DNA of 64,000 nt from assembly GCA_050951325.1 (NCBI GenBank), contig JBMNIW010000003.1:224001-288000 (forward strand), in the 5' to 3' direction. Positions 11,541 through 21,616 of the stretch are shown here, piece by piece (the first letter of the stretch is position 1; each line of letters starts with the position of its first letter). This DNA comes from Clostridia bacterium. GTDB taxonomy: Bacteria > Bacillota > Clostridia > UBA1212 > DUPL01. The notes under the pieces were generated by a model. The model saw only the letters and a program-made list of their open reading frames with translations, had not been told where the DNA came from and made no database searches. The position numbers and the translations under genes were made by a program.

Positions 11541-12173
11541 TCATATCGCATCTTCTGCGAGCACTCCGCCTATATGGGTATTATCCTTCACAACCTTGAT
11601 CGTTCCGTCAACTATTGCGCCTTCCTGAATTGAGAGGTTTTGTGATTCAATATTTCCATATATTACAGCACAATCCCCCAAGGTTGCAGTGTTGTGAACC
11701 AAGGCGTTTCCTCCCACTTGTCCATTCAGTTCTAGTGATTGGCAAACAATATCACCTTTCAATACTGAACTGTCAGATATTTTTACCATTGTTTCACTCT
11801 TTATATTTCCAACAACATTTCCATTTAGAATCTCAACAGATTTTCCGGTAATATCTCCTTCAACTTCACCCAATATAATTACATTGTTATCGCTTGTAAT
11901 ATTTCCTTTCACAGTCCCATAAACCTTAATGTTACTGTTACTGGAAATTGAACCATTTAAAATTGTCTCCTTGGATATAACGGTATCTGTATTGTTTCCA
12001 TTATTCTCTCCTCTCATTTTTCGTTCCCTTTTTTCCTTCTCCTTAAACTTTTTTTCTTCAACTTCGTTTACCCGTTCGACTTCTTCTGTAATTGTTTCAG
12101 TTCTAAAGATGTCGTAACCTGCAATTAACGCCAATCCTTGCCCCAATAAATTCTTCGACTTAGCATGTCTCAT
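11541..12173 (-). CDS. Bactofilin (polymer-forming cytoskeletal protein)
   Basis: TVISKET..GSI..IKVYGTVKGNI beta-helix repeats ending in LSIQEGAIVDG; AAGGAG RBS. Confidence 0.88.
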   Translation of the reverse strand: MRHAKSKNLLGQGLALIAGYDIFRTETITEEVERVNEVEEKKFKEKEKRERKMRGENNGNNTDTVISKETILNGSISSNSNIKVYGTVKGNITSDNNVIILGEVEGDITGKSVEILNGNVVGNIKSETMVKISDSSVLKGDIVCQSLELNGQVGGNALVHNTATLGDCAVIYGNIESQNLSIQEGAIVDGTIKVVKDNTHIGGVLAEDAI

Positions 12174-12241
12174 AGCTCATTCTCTCCTTATTCTCTTTAG
12201 ACTCTTCGCTTATATTGTAATACTTATTTTGTTCTTAATGG

Positions 12242-12279
12242 GGGCAATTATAGTGCAAAAAAGGGCAACATAAGGGCAA
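12242..12279. promoter_or_regulatory. Four helically phased G(G/T)GCAA direct repeats upstream of the bactofilin gene
   Basis: Copies start at 12242, 12253, 12263 and 12274 (spacing 11/10/11). Confidence 0.5.
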
Positions 12280-12282
12280 TCT

Positions 12283-14598
12283 TTACGCCAATCCACACTT
12301 TCTGGCATAAATTATAGCTTCATTTTTGTTTTTCAAGTTTAAAATTTTTAATATTTCAGCCATTAGATACTTTACCGTCCTTTCACTAACATAAAGTTCT
12401 GATGCCACCTCTTTGTAAGTTTTGCCCTCCGCTACAAGAGTAAGAACTGCTATTTGTCTCTGAGACAACATCGATACAGGATCAAATTGCGACTCAAGTT
12501 CCTCTGCCACTTGTAATGCAGTCTCCTGTGATAAAACCGAACCATTGGCAATAATGCTGCTGAGCTCCTGAATGAACTCGTTTGGATTCAGACTCTTTAA
12601 AAGATATCCTGAAGCACCATTCTTGATTGCATCAAAAAGATTCTTTTCATCATCCGACATACTTAAGATAACAATAATCACATGGGGCTTTTCACTTTTA
12701 ATGAGCTTTGTTGCCGTAAGTCCGTTGCACTTTGGCATTTGAAGGTCCATAATCACCACATCCGGCTCCACCAAACGTACCTTTTTCAATGCATCAATGC
12801 CGTCTCTTGCTGTTGCAACAACTTTATATCCATGTTCTGCAAGCAAGCTTTTTAACCCTTCCATAAACAAAACATGGTCATCTGCAATCAAGACCCTAAG
12901 CTTTTCTCCGTTATCCACTTCCATTCCTGCCACATTGACAGGAATGGATATGCTGACAACGGTACCCTTGCCAACGCTGCTTTGAATACCGAAGGATGCA
13001 CCTATGTGTCTTGCCCTCTCATTCATGACATCAATACCGAAAGAATCCAAACTGATACAATCTGGATCAAAACCTACTCCGTTGTCCTCGATGCTGACTA
13101 TCAGTTCCTTGGATTTTTTCCTGAAGGTAATCTTTGCATAATCTGTTTTTGCATGTTTCCTAACATTAGTCAGTGCCTCTTGTATGATTCTGAACAGCTG
13201 CACCGAGGTGGCAATGTTGATGTCTTCATCAACAACCATGTCTGGGTTTTCCACATCCACCCTTATATCAAAACTATTATTGTAATGGGCTAAAAATTGA
13301 TTCAAGGCATAAAAAAATCCTTCTCTGAACAAAGCGGAGCTTTTCATCTCATGAATAAACTCCCTAACTTCCTGGTTCGCTTCCCTGACAACGGATATCA
13401 GACTCTCAATGGTTTTGCCCGCAACCGTCAGATCACCAGTTTCAACCTTGTCTTTTATCATCAAAAGCTGCAAATTGGCATAACTTAATATTTGACCCAA
13501 TGAATCATGCAGTTCCCTGCTCAGTCTCTCCCTTTCCTCAAGCACAGCCAAAGCCTGCTTTTTTTGCTTGAGCTCTGCCTCCGCCGCCTTCGTTTCTGTA
13601 ATATTATGAATAACAACGGTATACCCCATATCCTTCTTGTCATTGCTGAGCGGTGACAAAAACGCCTCGTAGTATTCGTCTCCATACATAAACTCACAAT
13701 AATTTGAATCCTTATTCAAACACATGTTGTGAAGCTCAGGCACTCTTGCAAACACCTCTTTTACCTTTTTCCCAGCAACATCCTTTATTCTAATATCAAA
13801 CAGATTTTCTGCTGCATCGTTCAAATCCATTATCCTGTTCAAATTGTCAATTATAACAACACCGCTGTTCAAATTGTCAATTACTTTCTGCATATTGACA
13901 GGAATAGTTTCCTGTTCCTTGTTAAAGAAGACAAGACTGTATGTAAGAAAAACAAGACTTATGGATACCGGAGTCATGTCATAGTAATTGAACAAAGCAA
14001 AATTAGTAATGATACAATAAACCATAAAAACAGTCAGAGCTGTCAGAGATACCATAATGGCAATTCCCTTAAATCTGTATAATAACTTCCTGTGTAAAAC
14101 AGCTTTTAGTAAAAGTATTGCCGATGCCACAACAAGAGATACACCATAAGCAGTGATAATCCAATACCACAAACCGGCTTCGAATCCTAAAGAAGGATAC
14201 TTGCCGGATGTATTGAGCCACATGTTTTCATATATGTACTTTGACCCCATTATATTCAGCAGGTCGGTAACCAAATTTGGGATGAACAGAAGATATAAAC
14301 GCCAGTCTTTGGTAGTTTTTACCCTGCCAGTTAACTCCAGTGCCCAAATAAACAAAATGGTAGCTGATTTAACTCCCACAAAGTCATTTGCTACAAGGTA
14401 CCAGAACTTTGCCCAGAAAAAGCTTTTGGTTGACACTTGAAATGCAAATCCCGCACACCAGATAGTTACCGCAATCTGTGCCAGCAACCACATAACGTTC
14501 AACTTGCCCGGCCTGTATATAGAATGTACAATTGTGAGTATTGCTATCAATGCTCCGACTATGTAGATCCATACGTTGGGATTGTAAATAAACTGCAT
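12283..14598 (-). CDS. Hybrid 7TM-PAS-HisKA_3 histidine kinase fused to a receiver domain and LuxR HTH
   Basis: 7TM N-terminus, PAS, ERERLSRELHDSLGQ, QEALTNVRKHA, DNGVGF, then LIADDH..MDLQMP..GYLLK, then LSQRQ..GKTYKEVA..SERTVK. Confidence 0.9.
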   Translation of the reverse strand: MQFIYNPNVWIYIVGALIAILTIVHSIYRPGKLNVMWLLAQIAVTIWCAGFAFQVSTKSFFWAKFWYLVANDFVGVKSATILFIWALELTGRVKTTKDWRLYLLFIPNLVTDLLNIMGSKYIYENMWLNTSGKYPSLGFEAGLWYWIITAYGVSLVVASAILLLKAVLHRKLLYRFKGIAIMVSLTALTVFMVYCIITNFALFNYYDMTPVSISLVFLTYSLVFFNKEQETIPVNMQKVIDNLNSGVVIIDNLNRIMDLNDAAENLFDIRIKDVAGKKVKEVFARVPELHNMCLNKDSNYCEFMYGDEYYEAFLSPLSNDKKDMGYTVVIHNITETKAAEAELKQKKQALAVLEERERLSRELHDSLGQILSYANLQLLMIKDKVETGDLTVAGKTIESLISVVREANQEVREFIHEMKSSALFREGFFYALNQFLAHYNNSFDIRVDVENPDMVVDEDINIATSVQLFRIIQEALTNVRKHAKTDYAKITFRKKSKELIVSIEDNGVGFDPDCISLDSFGIDVMNERARHIGASFGIQSSVGKGTVVSISIPVNVAGMEVDNGEKLRVLIADDHVLFMEGLKSLLAEHGYKVVATARDGIDALKKVRLVEPDVVIMDLQMPKCNGLTATKLIKSEKPHVIIVILSMSDDEKNLFDAIKNGASGYLLKSLNPNEFIQELSSIIANGSVLSQETALQVAEELESQFDPVSMLSQRQIAVLTLVAEGKTYKEVASELYVSERTVKYLMAEILKILNLKNKNEAIIYARKCGLA

Positions 14599-14666
14599 AT
14601 GTCACCTTACCTTCTCTAATCATTCAATGAATTTATCATATCCTTTAAAACCAGTATAAAAACCTA

Positions 14667-14702
14667 AAAACACCTTAACGAATACTGTTTAAGGTGTTTT
14701 TT
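14667..14702 (-). terminator. Intrinsic terminator after the Gfo/Idh/MocA gene
   Basis: AAAAACACCTTAA..TTAAGGTGTTTTT hairpin. Confidence 0.7.
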
Positions 14703-14708
14703 ACAAAT

Positions 14709-15911
14709 TTAACCAGGCTCGCCCTTAATCCATTTCTGCCTAACCATTTCAAATACAGAGTTCGGTATATCTTCATTACTTACTAAGTATCGGATATCGT
14801 CATTTCTGTACTTATCTCTTTCTTCCTTCAGCCTCAGGTTCGGTACCACCTGTGGAGCATTTCCGTTTAATATTGACCTATAAGCCAGGATTCCAGGCAT
14901 ACACATGTCTACAGCTTGATACACGTCAATTGAGTTTTTCCTTGCATCATCATCACCCAATATCTGTCTGACAAAATAGTGAGTGGTGAAGAAATCGCCA
15001 CCACCATGGCCTGCACCTTCTGCATCCTTGATTGTGAACTCAGGCACATACCTGACATGTTCTCCTACACAGTTCCTGTCGCCTTCAAGATACACATGCA
15101 AGTTACCAAATTCCCATCTGTCCGTCTCCATGCTTCCCTTGGAACCATACATCTGGTAGTTGATGCTTCCAGGCTCTCTTTTCAATCCGCCATGGATGCT
15201 TTTAACCATTGCACCGTTTTCAAGCATTACAATTTCCATGCCCGCAGTGCCTGCCTTTGTTCCCAGTTCCCTCATAAACGGCATGTTTCTCGTCTCAAAA
15301 CCCACAACAGAAACCGGTCTCAAGCCAGAGGCAAACAAAATGGGACCCAAAGAGTGTGTGCAGTAGAAAGTCGAATACATCGTATTTCTCCAGTGTTCCC
15401 TCTCACCATAGGTGATCTGGGGCCATATCGAGGAACAGTCGTGTATATACTCGCCTTCTGCATGCATGAGTTCTCCAATATCGCCTCTTTGATACCTCTG
15501 CCTCATTTCAAAGGTTGTGTTAAAGTAGCAGTAGTTTTCTGCGTATTGATATACTTTCCCCGACCTTTCAACTGCCTCGACAAGCTCCACTGCTTCTTTC
15601 AACGTGGCACAGGTGAGAACCTCGCTCATAACATGTCTTCCCGACTCAAGACAACGTATTGCATAAGGAGCATGTTCATTTGCGTAATTTGCCAGAACAA
15701 CGGCATCCATGTCGCATTGTATAAAGTCATCAAAATCAGCAAAAAGCTCCACCTTGACGCCGTGTTCTGAAGCAAGGCTTCTGCACTGTTCAAGCAGCGG
15801 CTCATATTTATCACACACCGCAACCAGACTTGCATCCGGATGATCAATGGCCTGACGAATCATTGTCATGCCCCTATACCCGCCAAAGACTCCAATTTTT
15901 ACTTTAGACAT
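14709..15911 (-). CDS. Gfo/Idh/MocA family NAD-dependent oxidoreductase
   Basis: Rossmann N-terminus, HVMSEV, AENYCY, GEYIH, THSLGP, GHGGGD. Confidence 0.88.
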   Translation of the reverse strand: MSKVKIGVFGGYRGMTMIRQAIDHPDASLVAVCDKYEPLLEQCRSLASEHGVKVELFADFDDFIQCDMDAVVLANYANEHAPYAIRCLESGRHVMSEVLTCATLKEAVELVEAVERSGKVYQYAENYCYFNTTFEMRQRYQRGDIGELMHAEGEYIHDCSSIWPQITYGEREHWRNTMYSTFYCTHSLGPILFASGLRPVSVVGFETRNMPFMRELGTKAGTAGMEIVMLENGAMVKSIHGGLKREPGSINYQMYGSKGSMETDRWEFGNLHVYLEGDRNCVGEHVRYVPEFTIKDAEGAGHGGGDFFTTHYFVRQILGDDDARKNSIDVYQAVDMCMPGILAYRSILNGNAPQVVPNLRLKEERDKYRNDDIRYLVSNEDIPNSVFEMVRQKWIKGEPG

Positions 15912-15935
15912 AAATCTCCACCTTTATGTTTTTTA

Positions 15936-16448
15936 TCAATCCAATACCAGCGTAGGAGGAGCATATACTCTTGCACCAAACTCTTGGTTAAGCTGATACA
16001 GACCTTTTGATTCTTCAGCATACAACTCGTATTTTCTAATAAGTTCGTCCGTGTTCTTTTCCTCTTCCATTTGCTCCTGGATGAACCAATCGAGGAATTG
16101 CATCGTTCTGTAATCCTTGACGCTTGCCGCCTTTTCATAAATATTGTTGATGGATGCTGTAACAAAAAGCTCATGCTCATATGCACCAACCAATGGATCC
16201 TTAAATGAATTGAACACAAGATCAGGCTTTGCTATAGCCTCAAGCTCAATGGCTTCTCCATTGTTCAACAAGTACCTTCTAAGCAACATGGCATGGTCAA
16301 CCTCTTCCTGTGCCTGGATATAGAACCAGTTGGCAAAACCGTCGAGATTGTTGTAGTCGTAGTAATCAGCCATACTGAGATAAAGATATGACGAATACAA
16401 CTCCTTGTTTATTTGCTCATTAAGTAGTCTTTTAACTTCTTCATTCAT
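15936..16448 (-). CDS. ftnA: Non-heme ferritin
   Basis: QINKELYSSYLY, QEEVDHA, HE, FLDWFIQEQMEEE ferroxidase residues. Confidence 0.93.
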   Translation of the reverse strand: MNEEVKRLLNEQINKELYSSYLYLSMADYYDYNNLDGFANWFYIQAQEEVDHAMLLRRYLLNNGEAIELEAIAKPDLVFNSFKDPLVGAYEHELFVTASINNIYEKAASVKDYRTMQFLDWFIQEQMEEEKNTDELIRKYELYAEESKGLYQLNQEFGARVYAPPTLVLD

Positions 16449-16480
16449 AAGAACTCTCCTCCTTTTTGTATATGCACATA

Positions 16481-19400
16481 TTATACCATATTTTTCTTCC
16501 TTTTCATGTAGAATTTATAACTTATCGAAAACAATATGATAAGTATTAAGAAAACCCCACAGCATATTGCAGTAATCAGAACCGGATCCACCTTCTTTTT
16601 GAAATCTCCAACTTCTACGAAACACCGGTCAATAAACTCTCCATCCTCAGTCATGACTGTAACAACAGCAAAACCATAATCAAGCGCCGTAACAACCCCA
16701 TTATCAATGCTTGCCACCTCGGCATTGTCAACAGACCAAACAATATTCCTGCCTTCAATGCCCTCTGGATGGAATACTGCATTCAGCTTGAATACCTCAC
16801 CAATATTCATCTTCCTGAAGTTCTCATTCAGCACCATGTCTCTAATATCTCCGGATTTCATGGCAAGATAGCTTATCTCATCCACATCAAGCTCCCGTTC
16901 AAACAAGTAAACCTCATCAATTGCACCACCAAACGGTAATGAAGCATCCGCCAACGCTCCAATAGCCAAATCTCCATCCACATCCTTGAACCTTCCAACA
17001 GCGGTGGTGGATGCCAGCTCACCATTTACATATGTCATTATCCTGCTCTGATTGATTATAAAGGCAAAGTGGTTCCAGGTATCCACCATGGATGACATGT
17101 TTACCTTCAACGCCAGATCTCCCACATCCGGTGAGAATACAAGCAGATTTCCGTCTTTTGAATAAATCTCAAAATGTCCCGCTTCCTTTGGACCTTTGGC
17201 AATAATTACGCCAAATCCGCTCAAATCCGAAGGCTTGAGCCACATGGATATGGTAGCACCATCCGACACATAAAAGTCGGACATTCCCACGTAAACATTA
17301 CCAAGCTTGTCAAAATCAAGAGCACTGCCTGATACGCCTTCTGTCCATTCGGCTTTTGCAATAACACCCGGCTCTTCATATTTTCCACTCAAGTCATGAA
17401 CGCAATCTCCTTTCCCTTCATCAAAGCTCCAATATCCAGCAAGGCTTTCATGCAAATAGAATTTCCTTCTTGCTGCCTGATTCCCAGTATATGTGTTGTC
17501 TCTTGCACCCAAAACCAGCAGACTGTATCTCTTATTACTTTCAAAATCCATATCCGAGGTTTTAATTGTAACAGTCCGCAAATCCTCCGCAAGACTTATG
17601 GAATTAATCTGAACATCAAAATTAAATGCGTAGTTTATCTTATCTTCAGCACTTTCCTTGTTCATATCCTTGTTGTATCTAACAACCACTGTATTTCTGT
17701 CCACAACCTTTACAGAAACAGCATACGGTCTTTCTGTATCAGGCTTTGTAGTTACAGTAATCTTTTTTGAAGCCTTGGACTCATTCATGTTGTAATCTAC
17801 CGCCACCACATAAAATGTATACTCGGTGTTTTCGTCAAGTCCTGTTACTGTATACGTTAGGTAATCGGAACCAACAAAATCCACAAGCACATCATTCATA
17901 TAAATATAATAGCCCATGACTTTCTTGTCATCCTTTGCACTCCTCCAACTAAGGGTTACGGAACTGGATGTTGATTTTGCTTCCAGCTTGGGAACCTGTC
18001 CCGGAGCTTTCTTGTCATCCGCATCTGATAGATTGAAGGCATCAAATCCATCAACCCCGTCAGTCATATTGACTTCAATGGTTTTGGATTCACCCGGTTC
18101 AAGCCAGAAATAGTTGTCTTCACACCAGAATACATCCGACACCTTTGAGTTTTTAAAATTGACAGACACTGCAGGCACGTTTCCAGTATTCTTTACAGTA
18201 AAACGGTTTCCTGACACGCTATACTCAAGAGTTGTTCTTGGCAGTGTGAAAAGACTCCCCTTAATCCTGTCAAAATTCATGAATGTGTAGCTTCTTATGG
18301 GCTCATCACCATCTTTGACAAGGTCAATCACTATAAACAACGGAGATGAATCCGCCTCCTTTTCAGTTAAATAGAAGTCCCCAATATGCTTGTTGGTTCC
18401 TACTCCTCCACTGCCACTAAACTCCTCGCTCTTAACGACATTCAGGAATTTATCATATGCTTTTACAATAACCTTCCACGATGAATTCTTTAAATCCCCA
18501 TTGTCATCCAAAATATATATTGGAAGATTAAAATCTTTTTGCTGCTTGTCATATGTATTGTATCTGTCAAAATGCCCCGTTGCCATTAAAGTTCTATTGG
18601 CATCCTGGACAAAATAGTGGGCGATTTTGGGAACTCCATACCAGTCAACTGTACTCCAGCTTGCGCCAGGGAATACGTCATTAAGCTTGTAATATGCAAT
18701 TTTCGTAACGTTTGGGAAGTTGATTCTTGCATTCTGTATCGGCAGATATGTTGCCATGGTCTGGGCTAGCTGCGTGCCGATAACAAGGTCCTTTAAAGAC
18801 TTAACATTAAGAAAATAACTTGCATAATGCATGAGGGTATCCACATCATGACCGTGGGGCGACTCGTTCCATCCCAAATTACCATTGAAAGTGGCGGTAT
18901 GATGAGCTATTGTTCCTTCAGGATCTATTGGCCATTTTTCCATTTCCTCCTTGGTGGCATACCTGGCAATGGACTCTAGATTCATCATCGAATCAAGTCC
19001 GTACTCATGCAGATTAAGATAAAGCCTGTTGGCATACGCTGTAATGTAGTGTTCAGGAGACTGTCCGCCCCAGTGGATATGGTCATGACCCATGCCCGCT
19101 CCTCCAGGACCTCCATCCTGACGGTAGAAGGTACGGGTTCCGTCATATTCATATGTAAGTTTTCCAATATTGTTGAGCGTCACGCTTTCAAAAGCACCAG
19201 CACCTTCATTTCCACCGCCATAAATAATCAAAGACGGACGGTTCCTAATCCTCTTTGTATTTAGTATAACGGTCTCATAAAACACATTGGCAGGCTGTGA
19301 ATCATGACTGTCCCAGCAGCTGGGCCATTCCTGATAAACGGTAATTCCATATTCATCACACAAATCATAAAAATCATCCGTCTCAGGCATTCCTCCACCC

Positions 19401-20617
19401 CAGGCTCTCAAGAAGTTAAGACCCTGCTCCTTTGCCCTTCTTAATATCCTGTCATAATCCTCCCTTGTAAACCGCATAAGAGCATCGATTGTACACCAGC
19501 CAGCACCTTTCATAAACAGCTTCCTTCCGTTTATGACCACGGTCCTGTTGTACATGCTTTCCGTTTCACCCGTCGGGAAAGGATCAAGTACAAGCTCTCT
19601 AATGCCAAAAGAAGTTTTGGAATATGTAACCTCTCCCGAATCTGATTTGAAAGACAACTCCAGTGTATATAAGTTCTGCTCCCCATAACCATTAGGCCAC
19701 CAGAGTTTGAATTCTGGCATGTCAAATCTCAATCTAACATTGGCATCCTTGCCCTTTTCACCATTTATATTGTATGTAAAAGAGAAGGTTTTCCCTTGGA
19801 AATTCTTTGGTTTTATGGTGCCTGTCAACACACCTTTCATTGAAGCATCCTTATCCACCGCTCTTAGATCGATGCTAAGATCCATTGTTCCTTTTTTGTA
19901 CGAATAAGTGGCTATGAATGGAGAATCGAATTCAACATCGGGCAAATCCGAAATTTCAACAGAGTTCCAAATACCCATCGGAGGTATTATCGAATAATGC
20001 CATCCGTAAGAACAGTTGAACACAACTGTCTGTTGCCATGGCAGGACCGGCTTCAATACAACTGCAAGTTCATTTTGTCCAATTTTTATGCTGTCTGTAA
20101 CATCAACCTTTGGTCCTCCAAACATTCCCTGATGGCTTGAAATCCTCTTGCCATTCAGATATACGTCACATCTGTCTGCAACCCCATGAAAATACAGTTC
20201 CACATTCTTTTTTGATCCGCTATAACTAAACGTCTTTTTTAAATACCAGGTCTTTTCCGTCTGAGCTTTGGCAGCAAAGTCATTCTTTCCCATATACGGA
20301 TCCTTTATAACTCCCGCCTGATGCAGACCATGCAAAATGCTGCCTGGAACATTTACCTTGTACGCATTGTCCCATTTATCCATACCCTTGTCAGTAAGAA
20401 GCCACTCTCCATCCAAAAGGATGCTCTTTGCCTGAACTCTTGAAACCAAGTCCCCTTCCTTCAATGTAACGATATCAGGCTTCTTGTCCATAGGAGATGG
20501 CCCAGGTTTCAAATACAAATCCTTTTCCCTGTCTGCAAGACTTCTTGCAGACACCTGTCCGTACATAGATGCCGTCAACAATGCAAAACAAAGCACCAAC
20601 ACCACAAGCCTTACCAT
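16481..20617 (-). CDS. Membrane-anchored GH2 (beta-mannosidase-like) glycosidase with FN3, LamG and Ig-like domains
   Basis: Signal peptide, WWPNGYGEQNLY, RAWGGG..FYDLCDEYG, GGNE acid/base, HEYG nucleophile region, FN3, LamG, Big_2, C-terminal TM with basic tail. Confidence 0.88.
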   Translation of the reverse strand: MVRLVVLVLCFALLTASMYGQVSARSLADREKDLYLKPGPSPMDKKPDIVTLKEGDLVSRVQAKSILLDGEWLLTDKGMDKWDNAYKVNVPGSILHGLHQAGVIKDPYMGKNDFAAKAQTEKTWYLKKTFSYSGSKKNVELYFHGVADRCDVYLNGKRISSHQGMFGGPKVDVTDSIKIGQNELAVVLKPVLPWQQTVVFNCSYGWHYSIIPPMGIWNSVEISDLPDVEFDSPFIATYSYKKGTMDLSIDLRAVDKDASMKGVLTGTIKPKNFQGKTFSFTYNINGEKGKDANVRLRFDMPEFKLWWPNGYGEQNLYTLELSFKSDSGEVTYSKTSFGIRELVLDPFPTGETESMYNRTVVINGRKLFMKGAGWCTIDALMRFTREDYDRILRRAKEQGLNFLRAWGGGMPETDDFYDLCDEYGITVYQEWPSCWDSHDSQPANVFYETVILNTKRIRNRPSLIIYGGGNEGAGAFESVTLNNIGKLTYEYDGTRTFYRQDGGPGGAGMGHDHIHWGGQSPEHYITAYANRLYLNLHEYGLDSMMNLESIARYATKEEMEKWPIDPEGTIAHHTATFNGNLGWNESPHGHDVDTLMHYASYFLNVKSLKDLVIGTQLAQTMATYLPIQNARINFPNVTKIAYYKLNDVFPGASWSTVDWYGVPKIAHYFVQDANRTLMATGHFDRYNTYDKQQKDFNLPIYILDDNGDLKNSSWKVIVKAYDKFLNVVKSEEFSGSGGVGTNKHIGDFYLTEKEADSSPLFIVIDLVKDGDEPIRSYTFMNFDRIKGSLFTLPRTTLEYSVSGNRFTVKNTGNVPAVSVNFKNSKVSDVFWCEDNYFWLEPGESKTIEVNMTDGVDGFDAFNLSDADDKKAPGQVPKLEAKSTSSSVTLSWRSAKDDKKVMGYYIYMNDVLVDFVGSDYLTYTVTGLDENTEYTFYVVAVDYNMNESKASKKITVTTKPDTERPYAVSVKVVDRNTVVVRYNKDMNKESAEDKINYAFNFDVQINSISLAEDLRTVTIKTSDMDFESNKRYSLLVLGARDNTYTGNQAARRKFYLHESLAGYWSFDEGKGDCVHDLSGKYEEPGVIAKAEWTEGVSGSALDFDKLGNVYVGMSDFYVSDGATISMWLKPSDLSGFGVIIAKGPKEAGHFEIYSKDGNLLVFSPDVGDLALKVNMSSMVDTWNHFAFIINQSRIMTYVNGELASTTAVGRFKDVDGDLAIGALADASLPFGGAIDEVYLFERELDVDEISYLAMKSGDIRDMVLNENFRKMNIGEVFKLNAVFHPEGIEGRNIVWSVDNAEVASIDNGVVTALDYGFAVVTVMTEDGEFIDRCFVEVGDFKKKVDPVLITAICCGVFLILIILFSISYKFYMKRKKNMV

Positions 20618-20650
20618 ATCTTTATCCTCCTTAATATCTGTGAAAGGTTT

Positions 20651-21616
20651 TCATTTCTTCTTCCTGCTTCCAAGGGTCAGAAACAGAACAACACCCGCAA
20701 TAACAACCGTTCCTCCAATAATTACTGGTACCAAATATGTATTGTCCTTGTCCTTTTTGGGAGATTGGGTTTTTGCTGTGGATGTGGCTTTGGGAACCTC
20801 TGTCTCCTCAGCAGTAGTTGTAGGCTCAGGAGTTGATTCGGGAGATGGTATAACATCAGGTCTTGGAGTCTCGCCTTCGGGATATGTCTCCTTAATCATG
20901 TCCATTATGGTTTTTGAGCCTTCTTCAGGATTGTCATGCAAAAGAGCTATTAAGTCAGCATCAAAAGCGTAATTTGCCAGTATGGCCTCATCTATCTTTC
21001 CAAACAGCTTTAGATCGCCTTCAACCAGGGCACCAAAGGCAATCACGCTGTTTCCTACAGACGACACAAGTCCAATATCATACTCCTTGGAGTATGCTTC
21101 CTTGCCGTTCAAATACAATTTCTGATACCTGCCATCAAAGGTTGCTGCAATATGAAGCCATTGGCCAACCTCAAGCAGCGGCTCTTCCACCTCTATCGCT
21201 TCACCTAAGTCAAAGGAGTATACCTTGAGCTGCCATTTGTCTTCGATAGCCATGAAGAATATCTCAAAATGCCCAGGCACTTTAGTATCCTTTGCCATGA
21301 CTATTTGATATGGGGGTGAACCGGGCACATCCTCATCAAGATAAACCCAGGCTGCCATTGTAAAACGCTCAAAATCACAGTTGATAACATCCGTTCTTAT
21401 GTCAGCAGCACCATCTGTAACATCAAGGGCTTTTCCAACTTTGCCATCAGAATAATCATAATCATCATAATAATTGACATCCAGTCTTTCTTTTGAGTAC
21501 TCCCTTCCGTGTCCATTGAAACTCCAATAATATATCTTGTTCCCATACTCTTCGGAAGAAACGGAAATCATGGACATTAAAAAAACAAGAGCAAGTATAA
21601 GTAGAAATCTTTTCAT
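20651..21616 (-). CDS. Surface LamG (ConA-like lectin) protein with Pro/Thr linker and C-terminal TM
   Basis: Signal peptide MKRFLL, FTMAAWV, WLHIAATFDG..LYLNG, GKIDE; start overlaps the upstream stop (ATGA). Confidence 0.85.
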   Translation of the reverse strand: MKRFLLILALVFLMSMISVSSEEYGNKIYYWSFNGHGREYSKERLDVNYYDDYDYSDGKVGKALDVTDGAADIRTDVINCDFERFTMAAWVYLDEDVPGSPPYQIVMAKDTKVPGHFEIFFMAIEDKWQLKVYSFDLGEAIEVEEPLLEVGQWLHIAATFDGRYQKLYLNGKEAYSKEYDIGLVSSVGNSVIAFGALVEGDLKLFGKIDEAILANYAFDADLIALLHDNPEEGSKTIMDMIKETYPEGETPRPDVIPSPESTPEPTTTAEETEVPKATSTAKTQSPKKDKDNTYLVPVIIGGTVVIAGVVLFLTLGSRKKK

